64,000 bases of DNA from Minisyncoccota bacterium (GCA_035546615.1 DASZWM010000003.1:92902-156901); one strand, 5' to 3'; positions 22,428 to 33,517 are shown, numbered from the stretch's first letter. Notes: generated from the letters alone by a model not told the origin. Numbers and translations: made by a program.

Positions 22428-24596
22428 ATGCAGCCGTCCGACCCCCTCTCCAAGCACCTTCGGCTCAGCGAAGAGCACTCAAACGCCCTGTCGCGCCTCG
22501 GCATCAAGACCGTACGCGATCTCCTCTTTTATTTCCCCTTCCGCTACGACCAAGGAGGCGGCGAGGCAAGCGTAGCAGGCCTAACGGTGGGCGCGGAAGT
22601 ATCCATCATCGGCACGCTCGAAAAGCTTGAGGCGAAGAAATCATGGAAGAGCCGCATCCCCGTCGCCGAAGGATATCTGCGCGACGCGACCGGCCGCATC
22701 AAACTGCGTTTTTTCAATCAGCCGTACATCGCAAAAATGTATACGGACGGCCTGCTAGTTAAGGCTACCGGCAAAGTGAGCGGCTCGGCCGGAAAGGAAT
22801 ATCTCGCAAACCCGCAGCTTGAACGCGTCTCCCCTACCGAAGCGGGGCTGTTCAAGAAAACCGCGGACATTCTGGCGGAGGCCGACGCGGAAGTGCCGAC
22901 CCTTTTCGCGATGTATCCGGAAACGCGCGGCATTACCTCGCTCTGGTTCCGGCACGCGATAGAAAAAGTACTGAACGGCGGGGCGCTGGACGCGATGGAA
23001 GACCCGATTCCCGCCGATATGCTTAAGCGCTATAACTTGCCCACACTTAGGAGCGCCCTGGTCTGGATACACGCGCCGCAAACGCTGAAGGACGCCGAGG
23101 CCGCGCGCAAGCGATTCGCGTTTCAGGAAGTATTTTTGATACAGCTCGAGCGCGGGCGCGAACGCGCGCTCCAGGCGCGCGAAAAAAGCTTTTCCATTGA
23201 TGCGCCGGAAGAAGCTGTGGAGGAGTTCATGGGCGAATTCCCTTTCGAGGCGACCGATGCGCAGAAGCGCGCTATCGACGCGATACTAAACGACATGCGC
23301 AGCGGCCGCCCCATGTCGCGACTGCTGGAAGGCGACGTCGGAAGCGGCAAGACAGCGGTGGCGGCAACAGCCGCCTATGCCGCCGTGCGGACTCGGCCCC
23401 AAGGACAAAAGTACGGCACGCTCCAGGTGGCCTACATGGCGCCAACCGAGATCCTCGCCAAGCAGCATTTCGAATCCTTCATCAAGTATTTCGAGAAGTT
23501 CCCTATCAATATCGGGCTCATCACGGGCTCTGGCTGTTTCAAATTCCCTTCTAAAAGCCGGCGCGACGAGGCCACGAACATTTCGCGCGCGCAGCTTCTG
23601 AAGTGGGTGGCTAACGGCGAGATACCGGTCTTGATCGGCACGCATGCGCTCATACAGAAATCGGTCGCGTTTAAGCACCTGGCGCTCGTCGTGATAGACG
23701 AGCAGCACCGCTTCGGCACCAACCAGCGCCGCAAGCTCGCCAAAAAAGAAGAGCGGCTGCCCCATCTGCTGTCCATGACCGCAACCCCCATCCCCCGCAC
23801 GCTCGCGCTCACTATATATGGAGACCTCGATCTGACGCTCTTGGACCAGATGCCGCCGGGCCGCAAAACTATCATCACCGAAATCGTGAAGCCGGAGGAC
23901 CGTGGCGAGGCGTACCAGCTCATGCGCCGCGAACTCAAGGACGGCCGCCAGGCGTACGTCATCTGCCCGCGCATCGACGAGCCGGACCCGGACAAGGCGT
24001 TCGCGATACAGGCGAAGTCGGTGAAGGAAGAAGCGAAGCGCCTGAAGCTGAAAGTATTCCCGGAATATGCGATCGAGATACTGCACAGCAAGATGAAGCC
24101 CAAGGAGAAGGACGATATCATGGCGCGGTTCGCCGCGCACGAGATAGATATTCTTGTGGCAACATCGGTCGTGGAGGTGGGCGTGAACGTACCCAACGCG
24201 ACGCTCATCATGATAGAGGGCGCGGAGCGCTTCGGCCTTTCCCAGCTCCACCAGCTGCGCGGACGCGTCGTACGGTCCAACCATCAGGCGTATTGCTTCG
24301 TGTGCCCGGAATCGCGCGGAGAAAAGACCCTGGCCCGTCTCAAGGCGCTTACGAAAGCCAAGAACGGCTTTGAATTGGCCGAGATGGACCTGATGCAGCG
24401 CGGGCCGGGAGAATTGTCAGGCCGCCAGCAATGGGGCATCTCCGACATCGGCATGGAGGCGCTCAAGAACCTGAAACTGGTCGAAGCCGCGCGCAACGAA
24501 GCGCTTGAGCTCATACAAAAGGACGAAATGCTGGCGAAGCACCCACTCTTAGACCAAGCCCTCGCCGATCGCCGGCCCACGATGCATTTTGAGTAG
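22428..24596 (+). CDS. recG: ATP-dependent DNA helicase RecG
   Basis: 722 aa; wedge domain, Walker A GDVGSGKT, DEQHRFG, TATPIPRT. Confidence 0.9.
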   Translation: MQPSDPLSKHLRLSEEHSNALSRLGIKTVRDLLFYFPFRYDQGGGEASVAGLTVGAEVSIIGTLEKLEAKKSWKSRIPVAEGYLRDATGRIKLRFFNQPYIAKMYTDGLLVKATGKVSGSAGKEYLANPQLERVSPTEAGLFKKTADILAEADAEVPTLFAMYPETRGITSLWFRHAIEKVLNGGALDAMEDPIPADMLKRYNLPTLRSALVWIHAPQTLKDAEAARKRFAFQEVFLIQLERGRERALQAREKSFSIDAPEEAVEEFMGEFPFEATDAQKRAIDAILNDMRSGRPMSRLLEGDVGSGKTAVAATAAYAAVRTRPQGQKYGTLQVAYMAPTEILAKQHFESFIKYFEKFPINIGLITGSGCFKFPSKSRRDEATNISRAQLLKWVANGEIPVLIGTHALIQKSVAFKHLALVVIDEQHRFGTNQRRKLAKKEERLPHLLSMTATPIPRTLALTIYGDLDLTLLDQMPPGRKTIITEIVKPEDRGEAYQLMRRELKDGRQAYVICPRIDEPDPDKAFAIQAKSVKEEAKRLKLKVFPEYAIEILHSKMKPKEKDDIMARFAAHEIDILVATSVVEVGVNVPNATLIMIEGAERFGLSQLHQLRGRVVRSNHQAYCFVCPESRGEKTLARLKALTKAKNGFELAEMDLMQRGPGELSGRQQWGISDIGMEALKNLKLVEAARNEALELIQKDEMLAKHPLLDQALADRRPTMHFE

Positions 24597-24621
24597 GGAT
24601 GATATATATTGAGACAGAAAC

Positions 24622-24694
24622 GGGCGTGTAGCTCAGTTGGTAGAGCAGCCGACTTATACTCGGCCGGTCCCAGGTTCGATCCCTGGCGCGCCCA
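24622..24694 (+). tRNA. tRNA-Ile with anticodon UAU (decodes AUA)
   Basis: Manual cloverleaf: acceptor GGGCGUG/CGCGCCC, D-arm GCUC/GAGC, anticodon stem GCCGA/UCGGC, loop CUUAUAC (U33, anticodon UAU, A37), T-loop GGUUCGAUCC. Confidence 0.7.
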
Positions 24695-24768
24695 CAAAAT
24701 ACAGAAACACCTGCCCTGCGGCAGGTTTTGTGCTACTGTTGTGCGGGTTCATTAACAGGGAGGGCGCG

Positions 24769-25707
24769 ATGCCCCACAAACTGCATGGCCAATCGATCAT
24801 CTGGTCGCAAGACTTTGACGTGCCGCTGCTCGAAGAGCTGTTCGAGCTGGCGGACAAGCTCAAGAAAGAGCCTGAGAACAAGGCTCTGGCAGGCCAGCTG
24901 ATAATCAGTCTCTTTTTCGAAAAGAGCACGAGAACTCGAATGTCTTTCGAGGCAGCGGTTCATGGACTGGGCGGTGATCGCATGACCACTGAAGACGCGA
25001 TGCAATTCTCCTCATTCGGCAAGGGTGAGCCGTTCGAGGAGGGCATACAGGTCATCTCCGCATACGGGCAGGCGATTATTCTCCGACATCCGGAGGACGA
25101 TGCCGCCATGCGGGCGCGCGACTATCTGCAAAGCTTCAACATCTGGGTGCCCATCATCAACGCCGGATGCGGCCAGGCGCAGCATCCGACACAGTCGCTG
25201 CTTGATCTCTATACTATCCGCGAGCTCCGCGGCCGTATCGAGAACCTTACAATCGTCATTGTGGGCGACCTCAAGCACAGCCGTGTGGTTCGCTCGCTCA
25301 TCTACCTGCTCGGCAAATTCCCCGGCATCCGTATCATCCTGGTTGCGCCGTGGGAGCTCGCCATCGGCCACAACATGCTCGCCTACATGCGGCGGCATGG
25401 AGTGGAATTCCTGCAGACGCCGAAGCTCGCCGATGTCATCGGGGAGGCCGACGTAGTCTATTTCACCCGCGTCCAGAAGGAGCGGTTCGAAGATCCGAAG
25501 GAGTACGAGCGCCTCAAGAACTCGTATCGCCTTACGGTCGGGCTTGCGGAGAAGATGCGGCCCGGCGCCGCCATCATGCATCCGCTTCCCCGCGTCGACG
25601 AGATAGACGAGGCGGTATCGCGGATGCCGCAGGCCCATTGGATAACGCAATCCAACAACGGCGTGCCGATTCGCAAGGCACTGCTCCAGATGGTGCTCGG
25701 CGAGTGA
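24769..25707 (+). CDS. pyrB: Aspartate carbamoyltransferase catalytic subunit
   Basis: STRTR, HPTQ and HPLPR motifs; ORF-track start trimmed to ATG downstream of tRNA with GGAGGG SD. Confidence 0.8.
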   Translation: MPHKLHGQSIIWSQDFDVPLLEELFELADKLKKEPENKALAGQLIISLFFEKSTRTRMSFEAAVHGLGGDRMTTEDAMQFSSFGKGEPFEEGIQVISAYGQAIILRHPEDDAAMRARDYLQSFNIWVPIINAGCGQAQHPTQSLLDLYTIRELRGRIENLTIVIVGDLKHSRVVRSLIYLLGKFPGIRIILVAPWELAIGHNMLAYMRRHGVEFLQTPKLADVIGEADVVYFTRVQKERFEDPKEYERLKNSYRLTVGLAEKMRPGAAIMHPLPRVDEIDEAVSRMPQAHWITQSNNGVPIRKALLQMVLGE

Positions 25708-25825
25708 CGACAAACTTCGCAGCAGGGCCGCGGTCTTCGGACCGCGGCCTTTCTTTTTCATAGCAGCGGCTGTATTGTGCGATGGGTTCTTTCCCATACA
25801 TCGCAAACCAACGGAGGATACGGCG

Positions 25826-26992
25826 ATGGAAGTACAAGGAGACGCCGACACCGCACTAAAGGTCGTCATGCGCAAGCCTGCCGATATGCACCAACATGTC
25901 CGTACGGGCGCAACGCTCGAGCTGGTGGCGCCGATGGTGCGAGCTCGATTCGCGACATTCGTAGCGATGCCAAATACCCAGCCTGACTACATCACCACCA
26001 GCGACGCTTTGGTGGCGTATCACAGCGAGATCGTCGGCGCCATGTTTCCCGAGTGGAGCGCGCGAGGCTACAAGCCCGGCAAGGATCCCGACCGGGTGCC
26101 GGATTGCCTCATGACGCTCTACTTCACCGACGCTCTCGAGCCCAAAGAGATCGAGCATTCCCTGCCCTATCCGTTCGCGGGAGTGAAATACTACCCGCGG
26201 GGCCTCACGACCAACAGCGACAAAGGAATCGCGGACCCAGCATCGCTCTGGACCCCCGGTACGAAAGCGTACGAAGTCGTGCGCATGCTCGCGGACAGCG
26301 ATAAGGTGTTGCTCATGCACGGAGCGGATGGCCTCGATAAAGACCGTCACGAGCTCGACCCGTTCGAGCAGGAGCCGCATTTCTTCCGCGAGACGCTGCC
26401 TCGTACCATGGATGCACATCCGGACGCTAAGATCTCGGTCGAGCATCTCTCGACCGCGGTCGGCGCGGAGTTCATCCGCAACCACGGGAGCGAGCGGCTC
26501 GGCTGCTCGCTCACGCCGCACCACCTGCTTCTGGACCGGCGCGACGTGCTGCGGGGCGGCTTCAATCCGCACCGCTACTGGCTGCCGCCCATCCAATCGA
26601 GCGAGCATAAGGAGGAGCTCCGCCGGCTGGCGGCGGAAGACCATCCGTTCGTGTGGCTTGGCAGCGACTCGGCTCCGCATACGGTCGATAAGAAGCAGGC
26701 GGCATGTTGCGCGGGCGGCGTGCTCACCGCGCACGCGGGGATTGAGCTGTATGTCGAGGCGTTCGAGGATATGGGCGCGCTCGACGATCGGTTCGAACGG
26801 TTCGCGTCTGTTAACGGCCCGCGGTTCTACGGCTACGAGCCGAGCGGCGAGAAGATAACCCTCATTCGGGAAGAATGGAAGTTCAATAATTTCTTCTGTC
26901 TCTCGACCGACGTCAGCCAGCGGCTGAACCCGGAGCAGAACATCCGTCCGTTCCGCCTCGGCGAACCAATCCGCTGGAAGCTGGCCGTGTAG
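25826..26992 (+). CDS. pyrC: Dihydroorotase (class II, E. coli-like)
   Basis: DMHQHVR metal-binding start, GSDSAPH motif; GGAGGA SD before ATG at 25826. Confidence 0.7.
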   Translation: MEVQGDADTALKVVMRKPADMHQHVRTGATLELVAPMVRARFATFVAMPNTQPDYITTSDALVAYHSEIVGAMFPEWSARGYKPGKDPDRVPDCLMTLYFTDALEPKEIEHSLPYPFAGVKYYPRGLTTNSDKGIADPASLWTPGTKAYEVVRMLADSDKVLLMHGADGLDKDRHELDPFEQEPHFFRETLPRTMDAHPDAKISVEHLSTAVGAEFIRNHGSERLGCSLTPHHLLLDRRDVLRGGFNPHRYWLPPIQSSEHKEELRRLAAEDHPFVWLGSDSAPHTVDKKQAACCAGGVLTAHAGIELYVEAFEDMGALDDRFERFASVNGPRFYGYEPSGEKITLIREEWKFNNFFCLSTDVSQRLNPEQNIRPFRLGEPIRWKLAV

Positions 26993-27017
26993 GCCCCTAC
27001 AAAACCTGCCGCGGCGT

Positions 27018-27059
27018 TCCCTACTTGGGATGCCGCGGCTTTTCTTTTATGAATTCTTC
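27018..27059 (+). terminator. Rho-independent terminator after pyrC
   Basis: gccgcggc...gccgcggc long hairpin followed by ttttctttt. Confidence 0.55.
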
Positions 27060-27136
27060 TTCATGTACCGTTCATCAAAGCCCCTGTATACAGAAGGCTG
27101 GCTCGAATAAAAGCTTTATCAATTATAGGCAATTAC

Positions 27137-27892
27137 ATGAAAAATATATCAAAGACAGGCATCGTTTCAGTCCTCGCGGCGGCGGCTTTCGTTATCGGCC
27201 CGTTTAGCGCATTTGCGCTTACGGTCGACAGCGCCGGCGCGGCATCGGCCGACACCTCCGTATCAGGCTCGGCTAACGGCAGCGGCTCCAACACGACGGG
27301 CACCGCCGCGGGCAACGCCACCGTAGACGTAGGCGTGTCCGGCAGCGCATCGGGCAATACGACCGGAGCGACCGGTACCGATACCGACACTTCCGGCAGC
27401 GGCAATGCATCCGGCAGCACCGGCGCAACGCTCGACACCAACGCAAACGGCGTTGCGATCAGCTCATCCGGCCAGGTATCTTCCGATGCCGACCTTGAGG
27501 TCTTCAGCAGCAACGCGGAGAAAATGGACGCTAACGTGAAGGATGTCGAGGCGAGCTCGGACAACGAGATCAAGGTCGCCTACGCGCACGCGGGGCGCCT
27601 CTTCGGCTTCATTCCGGTCAAGGTAACCTCCGAGACCGACGTCTCAGTAGACGCCAGCGGCAACACCAACATCCACACCCGCATGCCGTGGTGGAACATG
27701 TTCGTCACCCGCACGCACCAGGTAAGCAACGACGTCGACACCTACCTCTCCGCTTCGCTCACGGGAAGCATGAAGCTTTCGGCGGACGCATCGGCGGCGG
27801 AGCGCGCTCGCATCATAGAGTCGATCATCCGCGCGCACTCTTCGCTTGAGGCGGACGCAAGCGCGCAGGCAAGCGGCACCGCGCAGTACTAA
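27137..27892 (+). CDS. Secreted protein with Ser/Thr/Gly-rich low-complexity N-terminal half
   Basis: Signal peptide MKNISKTGIVSVLAAAAFVIGPFSAFA; SGSxSG/TGxT repeats. Confidence 0.45.
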   Translation: MKNISKTGIVSVLAAAAFVIGPFSAFALTVDSAGAASADTSVSGSANGSGSNTTGTAAGNATVDVGVSGSASGNTTGATGTDTDTSGSGNASGSTGATLDTNANGVAISSSGQVSSDADLEVFSSNAEKMDANVKDVEASSDNEIKVAYAHAGRLFGFIPVKVTSETDVSVDASGNTNIHTRMPWWNMFVTRTHQVSNDVDTYLSASLTGSMKLSADASAAERARIIESIIRAHSSLEADASAQASGTAQY

Positions 27893-27910
27893 CTAATTTT
27901 GCCAGGGCAG

Positions 27911-27940
27911 AAAAACCCGCGCCTCAGGCGCGGGTTTTTC
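27911..27940. terminator. Bidirectional rho-independent terminator between convergent genes
   Basis: aaaaacccgcgcc-tcag-gcgcgggttttt. Confidence 0.6.
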
Positions 27941-27946
27941 GTGGGC

Positions 27947-28339
27947 TTACGAGAGCTTCGATTTTATTTCCGTCAGCTCCTTCTCTACCCTATCAAGCTG
28001 GGCCTTCATCGCTTCGTTTATATCCACGTCCTTCATCACCTCCTCTTCGGTGCGCTCGACAAGCTTCTTCTGATTGCGATAGCCGGACAATATTATGTTG
28101 TCGCCGATGAAGAAGGAGACGAAGAGACCGGTTGGGAGTATCAAGAGCAGCCCGAGCGCGGCCGACGGCCAGCCGTACAGTATCGGGAAGTGCTCCGCCG
28201 CCTCCCATACGCCCTTCCAAAACAGCACGATGCCCACGCCGCCGATGAGCGCATAGAGTATCGGCCGGTGGCTGAGCCGCGCGCGCAAAGTGTCCTCAAG
28301 CTTGTCGAAAAACTTCACCAGTCCGCGTTCTCTGGTCAT
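27947..28339 (-). CDS. Hypothetical membrane protein with C-terminal coiled coil
   Basis: 130 aa, two TM segments, charged helical tail. Confidence 0.4.
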   Translation of the reverse strand: MTRERGLVKFFDKLEDTLRARLSHRPILYALIGGVGIVLFWKGVWEAAEHFPILYGWPSAALGLLLILPTGLFVSFFIGDNIILSGYRNQKKLVERTEEEVMKDVDINEAMKAQLDRVEKELTEIKSKLS

Positions 28340-28342
28340 ACC

Positions 28343-30298
<1,956 letters not shown>

Positions 30299-30531
30299 GA
30301 TAAAAAGAGTATAGCACTAGAACCAATCTCAATAAAACCCTGTAGGTAAAAAGATTTTACCTGGCTACTGCGAATCGTTTTGGACGGCTGCGACAGGCAA
30401 CGGCTCGGTCTTAGCGTATCAGGATACGCTTCGTCCTGCGCCGGCCCGTCTCGCTCGCCCAAAAGCGCTTCTCGTAACGCCATTTTTATTGAGATTGATT
30501 CTCGCATATAGGAGCAAAAAAATGTGCGGGG

Positions 30532-30540
30532 TGCTATATT
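30532..30540 (+). promoter_or_regulatory. Candidate extended -10 promoter (TGcTATATT) 6 nt before smpB ATG (leaderless transcript?)
   Basis: tgtgcggggTGcTATATTctgcgtATG. Confidence 0.3.
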
Positions 30541-30546
30541 CTGCGT

Positions 30547-31008
30547 ATGAATCTCATCGAGCACAAGAAGGCGCGATTGGACTATGAGTTCCTCGAGGAA
30601 TACGAGGCGGGATTGGAGCTGCTCGGCTTCGAGGTAAAGAGCCTGCGCGCCCATCACGGCAAGCTTGAAGGCGCGCATATAGTGGTGCGCTCCTCTGGCC
30701 GGGCTCAAAATGTCGAGGCGTACATCGTAGGCATGTCCATCCCCCCCTACCAGGCCGGTAACACGCCCAAGGACTACGAAGCCGACCGCACCCGCCGCCT
30801 GCTCCTCACTAAAAAAGAGCTTGCGGGGATTGCCGGAATTGAAGGCCAGAAAGGCTTGACAATAGTACCTGTTTCGGTGTATAATAAAGGGAAGGTATTG
30901 AAGCTCCGAATAGCCGTCGCGCGCGGCCGTAAGCAGTACGACAAGCGCGCCGTCTTAAAGAAGCGGGATACCGACCGCGACATCCGCAGGACCTTGAAAA
31001 ACGCTTAA
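30547..31008 (+). CDS. smpB: SsrA-binding protein
   Basis: MNLIEHKKARLDYEFLEEYEAGLELLGFEVKSLRAHHGKLEGAHIVV. Confidence 0.85.
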   Translation: MNLIEHKKARLDYEFLEEYEAGLELLGFEVKSLRAHHGKLEGAHIVVRSSGRAQNVEAYIVGMSIPPYQAGNTPKDYEADRTRRLLLTKKELAGIAGIEGQKGLTIVPVSVYNKGKVLKLRIAVARGRKQYDKRAVLKKRDTDRDIRRTLKNA

Positions 31009-31046
31009 GCCCTCCCCACCAGCACGCGACCTCTCACGTTCTGCTT

Positions 31047-31420
31047 GGGAGTGACAGGCTTAGACAATATAAATAATAGTTCGCACGCAAGGGAGAAGCG
31101 GGGACCTTCTTTAAAAAGCCCCAAACCATAACTGCAAAATCAGTTACATCGCCGTATTTCACGGTGAATGACCTCGCTTTCGCTACCGCAAGGAGCTAAG
31201 CGAGCATTGGCTCTGCAACGCTCGTGAGCGGAGTACCAATGTTATAACACCGAGATCGATCGGCTAGCCTGCTTGCCTAGCCCTTCTAAACTAAAGCTGC
31301 GATCCGGTCTTATTTCGTCTGCTTCTTACAACCGGGTCTAAGAAACAAAAGCAGCCTATCTCTTGTAGACCTGCGCTCTATCTTATGTTGCACGGCGGTT
31401 CAACTCCGCCCACTTCCACC
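31047..31420 (+). ncRNA. ssrA: tmRNA (ssrA), one-piece; CCA not encoded
   Basis: Immediately downstream of smpB; 5' GGGAGUGACAGGCUUAGAC pairs with 3' CACUUCC-A-CC (G3-U70 wobble = Ala identity); T-arm GGCGGUUCAACUCCGCC; terminator follows. Confidence 0.7.
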
Positions 31421-31433
31421 GGTAAAAACATTG

Positions 31434-31460
31434 CGCCCTCATGGGCGCTTTTGTTTTTTC
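31434..31460 (+). terminator. Rho-independent terminator of ssrA
   Basis: gcgccc-tcat-gggcgc followed by ttttgtttttt. Confidence 0.6.
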
Positions 31461-31507
31461 GGTGGAAGTGAGTACTGTGCCTGAGCACAGTACGAGGCGG
31501 AGTTGAA
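31455..31507. repeat. Inverted partial copy of ssrA 3' end (T-loop/acceptor) with internal palindrome
   Basis: Reverse complement reads TTCAACTCCGCC-[tcGTACTGTGCtcagGCACAGTAC]-TCACTTCCACCG, mirroring 31396-31421. Confidence 0.4.
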
Positions 31508-31715
31508 AGGCGCAGCGATGCCCTGCACTGGCAGGGCCGCGAGCCGGGGTCGCGAAAACTTTTTGCGACGGCAAAAAGTTATTTGTGACCAACCCTTCCC
31601 CACTTCGGCCCACACATACCAAAAGCTGTCCTCGATGGGCAGCTTTTGGTGTTCTTTACCGCACACTTTTGTCTTAGTAATATGGCATTAGGCTGAACAA
31701 AAGGGAGTGCGTGCG

Positions 31716-32123
31716 ATGCCTATACGACCTGAAGCATCCGGCCGCATCAGGATCACGAAAGTACCTGATGGCGAAGCCCCGCTTGAAGTCCGGCAGGCAT
31801 GGGTGGGACTTGAACTGCCCTGCGGACCCATCTGTGGCTACGGCGACGAACCTCCGAAGGGAGTGCTGTCGAATGAGCCCATCAAGAAGAACATGTACGG
31901 CTTCGACGTTCCCCAGCGTGAAGCGCTGGAAATTCTGGAAGCCAGCTCTCCGGAGGCGGCGGCCTGGTGGCGAACACATGGCTTCCCCGAAGGCAACGAC
32001 TATTTCGTCTTCGATCGCCACTGGGCCGAAATCATCAGCGGCGTCACGATGCAGGAGATTACCGTGTGGGACAACATGGAGACCGGACGCTACCAGCCCG
32101 TGTTCACCTACACTCCCCCGTGA
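31716..32123 (+). CDS. Hypothetical protein
   Basis: ORF with AAGGGAG SD 9 nt before ATG at 31716 (ORF track starts at GTG 31707). Confidence 0.45.
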   Translation: MPIRPEASGRIRITKVPDGEAPLEVRQAWVGLELPCGPICGYGDEPPKGVLSNEPIKKNMYGFDVPQREALEILEASSPEAAAWWRTHGFPEGNDYFVFDRHWAEIISGVTMQEITVWDNMETGRYQPVFTYTPP

Positions 32124-32137
32124 CAACTTCTCACCGC

Positions 32138-32180
32138 AAAAAACGCGAACGCCCCGGCAACAACCGGGGCGTTTCACTTT
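32138..32180. terminator. Bidirectional rho-independent terminator between convergent genes
   Basis: aaaaaacgcgaacgccccgg-caacaa-ccggggcgtt-tcactttttacg. Confidence 0.6.
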
Positions 32181-32195
32181 TTACGACATTGAATC

Positions 32196-32618
32196 CTACT
32201 TCCCCTTCATGCGGGAGGCGATGTGGAAGCTCATGTACGCGAGGTAGGTCGTGACCGCCACGCCGAACCACGAGAGCCAGGTCGGGACGTCCCAGTCGCC
32301 GAGCATAAGGTCGGCGCCGGTAAATATCCTCCAGATGTGGGCGATAGCCACAACAGTGAACACTACTCCGACGAGGAATATGTAGGAGCGCTCGCGCATG
32401 GCCGGGATCTTCCCCACATGCCACGCGTAGTGCACCAGGATAATAAAGAGGGCGAGGTCGAAGATAAGGTTCGGCAGCAGCATTTCGGAGGTTACCGACA
32501 TGCCGAAGAACGAAACCGACTTCAGGTGCTGCTGGGAGAACCAGAGCAGCCAAAGGAAGTCCGCGGCAACGAGGCCTGCGGCGAACTTCGCTACCTCATG
32601 CAAAGAACTGTTTTTCAT
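32196..32618 (-). CDS. Hypothetical polytopic membrane protein
   Basis: 140 aa, 4 predicted TM helices. Confidence 0.4.
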   Translation of the reverse strand: MKNSSLHEVAKFAAGLVAADFLWLLWFSQQHLKSVSFFGMSVTSEMLLPNLIFDLALFIILVHYAWHVGKIPAMRERSYIFLVGVVFTVVAIAHIWRIFTGADLMLGDWDVPTWLSWFGVAVTTYLAYMSFHIASRMKGK

Positions 32619-32702
32619 AGGAACATCAAATACGCACGGTTATTGATATACCCGTAAGTCTAGCGCATAAGGCTATTTCCTGGTATAGTACTTATCACCA
32701 CT

Positions 32703-33221
32703 TTGGATACTACTCGAATCAACCACCAGATCCGCTCTGCAGAGGTGCGCGTTATAGGCCCCGAAGGCGAGAACTTCGGCGTCCTGGCCCTTTCCGAGGC
32801 CATACAGCGGGCTTCCGACGTCGGTTTGGACCTTATAGAGATCTCCCCTAACGCCGTTCCCCCGGTTGCAAAAATAATGGAATATGGTAAATTCCAATAC
32901 GAACAGGCCAAAAAAAGGCGGGAAATGAAGGCCAAATCCCACGTTACCGAGACCAAGGGGGTCCAGGTAAAGATAGGGACCGGAGACCACGACCTCAACC
33001 TGAAGGCCCGAAAGGCAGCCGAGTGGCTGGCCGAAGGCCACCGGGTGAAGGTCGACCTGTTTTTGTGGGGGCGGTACAAGTACATGGAGTTCAACTTCCT
33101 CAAGGACCGCTTGGAGCAGTTCCTCAAGCTCATCCCGGAGGAGTACAAGATAGCCGAGCCGATAGGCAAAAGCCCGAAGGGGCTCAGCGCGGTGCTTGAG
33201 CGTGCGGCAAAGGGCAAATAG
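32703..33221 (+). CDS. infC: Translation initiation factor IF-3 (non-AUG start; true start between 32685 and 32703)
   Basis: RINHQIRSAEVRVIGPEGENFGVLALSEAIQRASDVGLDLIEISPNAVPPVAKIMEYGKFQYEQAKK; in-frame stop at 32661 leaves only AUA/AUC/UUG candidates. Confidence 0.8.
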   Translation: MDTTRINHQIRSAEVRVIGPEGENFGVLALSEAIQRASDVGLDLIEISPNAVPPVAKIMEYGKFQYEQAKKRREMKAKSHVTETKGVQVKIGTGDHDLNLKARKAAEWLAEGHRVKVDLFLWGRYKYMEFNFLKDRLEQFLKLIPEEYKIAEPIGKSPKGLSAVLERAAKGK

Positions 33222-33304
33222 CCAGATACTATAGAACGAGGACGTTATATAATCGTCTCGCTGCAGAATCAAAAACAAGTTTTTGTTCACTCACTCGCTA
33301 GATT

Positions 33305-33505
33305 ATGAAAACCAACAAGTCATTTACGAAGCGCCTCAAAATCACCCGTACGGGGAAGATTATCGCGCGCAAGCCCGGCCAGGACCATTTCAACGCCAAG
33401 GAGCGCCGCTCAACCCAGATGGACGGCAACCGCTCCCAGGCCCTTTCCCTTACCCCGAAAGTGTCCCAGCGCTACATCGGCACCGCTTCTAAATCCCGCA
33501 ACTAA
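33305..33505 (+). CDS. rpmI: 50S ribosomal protein L35
   Basis: 66-aa basic protein, infC-rpmI-rplT order. Confidence 0.85.
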   Translation: MKTNKSFTKRLKITRTGKIIARKPGQDHFNAKERRSTQMDGNRSQALSLTPKVSQRYIGTASKSRN

Positions 33506-33517
33506 TTTTTAATCTGT

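Noticed and set aside
24637-24768. N-terminal extension of the pyrB ORF overlapping tRNA-Ile
   Set aside because: Overlaps a tRNA gene; a downstream ATG at 24769 has a proper GGAGGG SD and the conserved ATCase N-terminus begins there.
31455-31507. Second tRNA-like 3' end on the minus strand as a functional tRNA or tmRNA piece
   Set aside because: No matching 5' acceptor strand or intact T-stem (GCGCC/TCCGCC do not pair); more consistent with a degenerate inverted duplication.
31383-31666. 79-aa and 75-aa minus-strand ORFs downstream of ssrA
   Set aside because: Overlap the tmRNA 3' end/terminator and a highly structured palindromic region; no coding signal.
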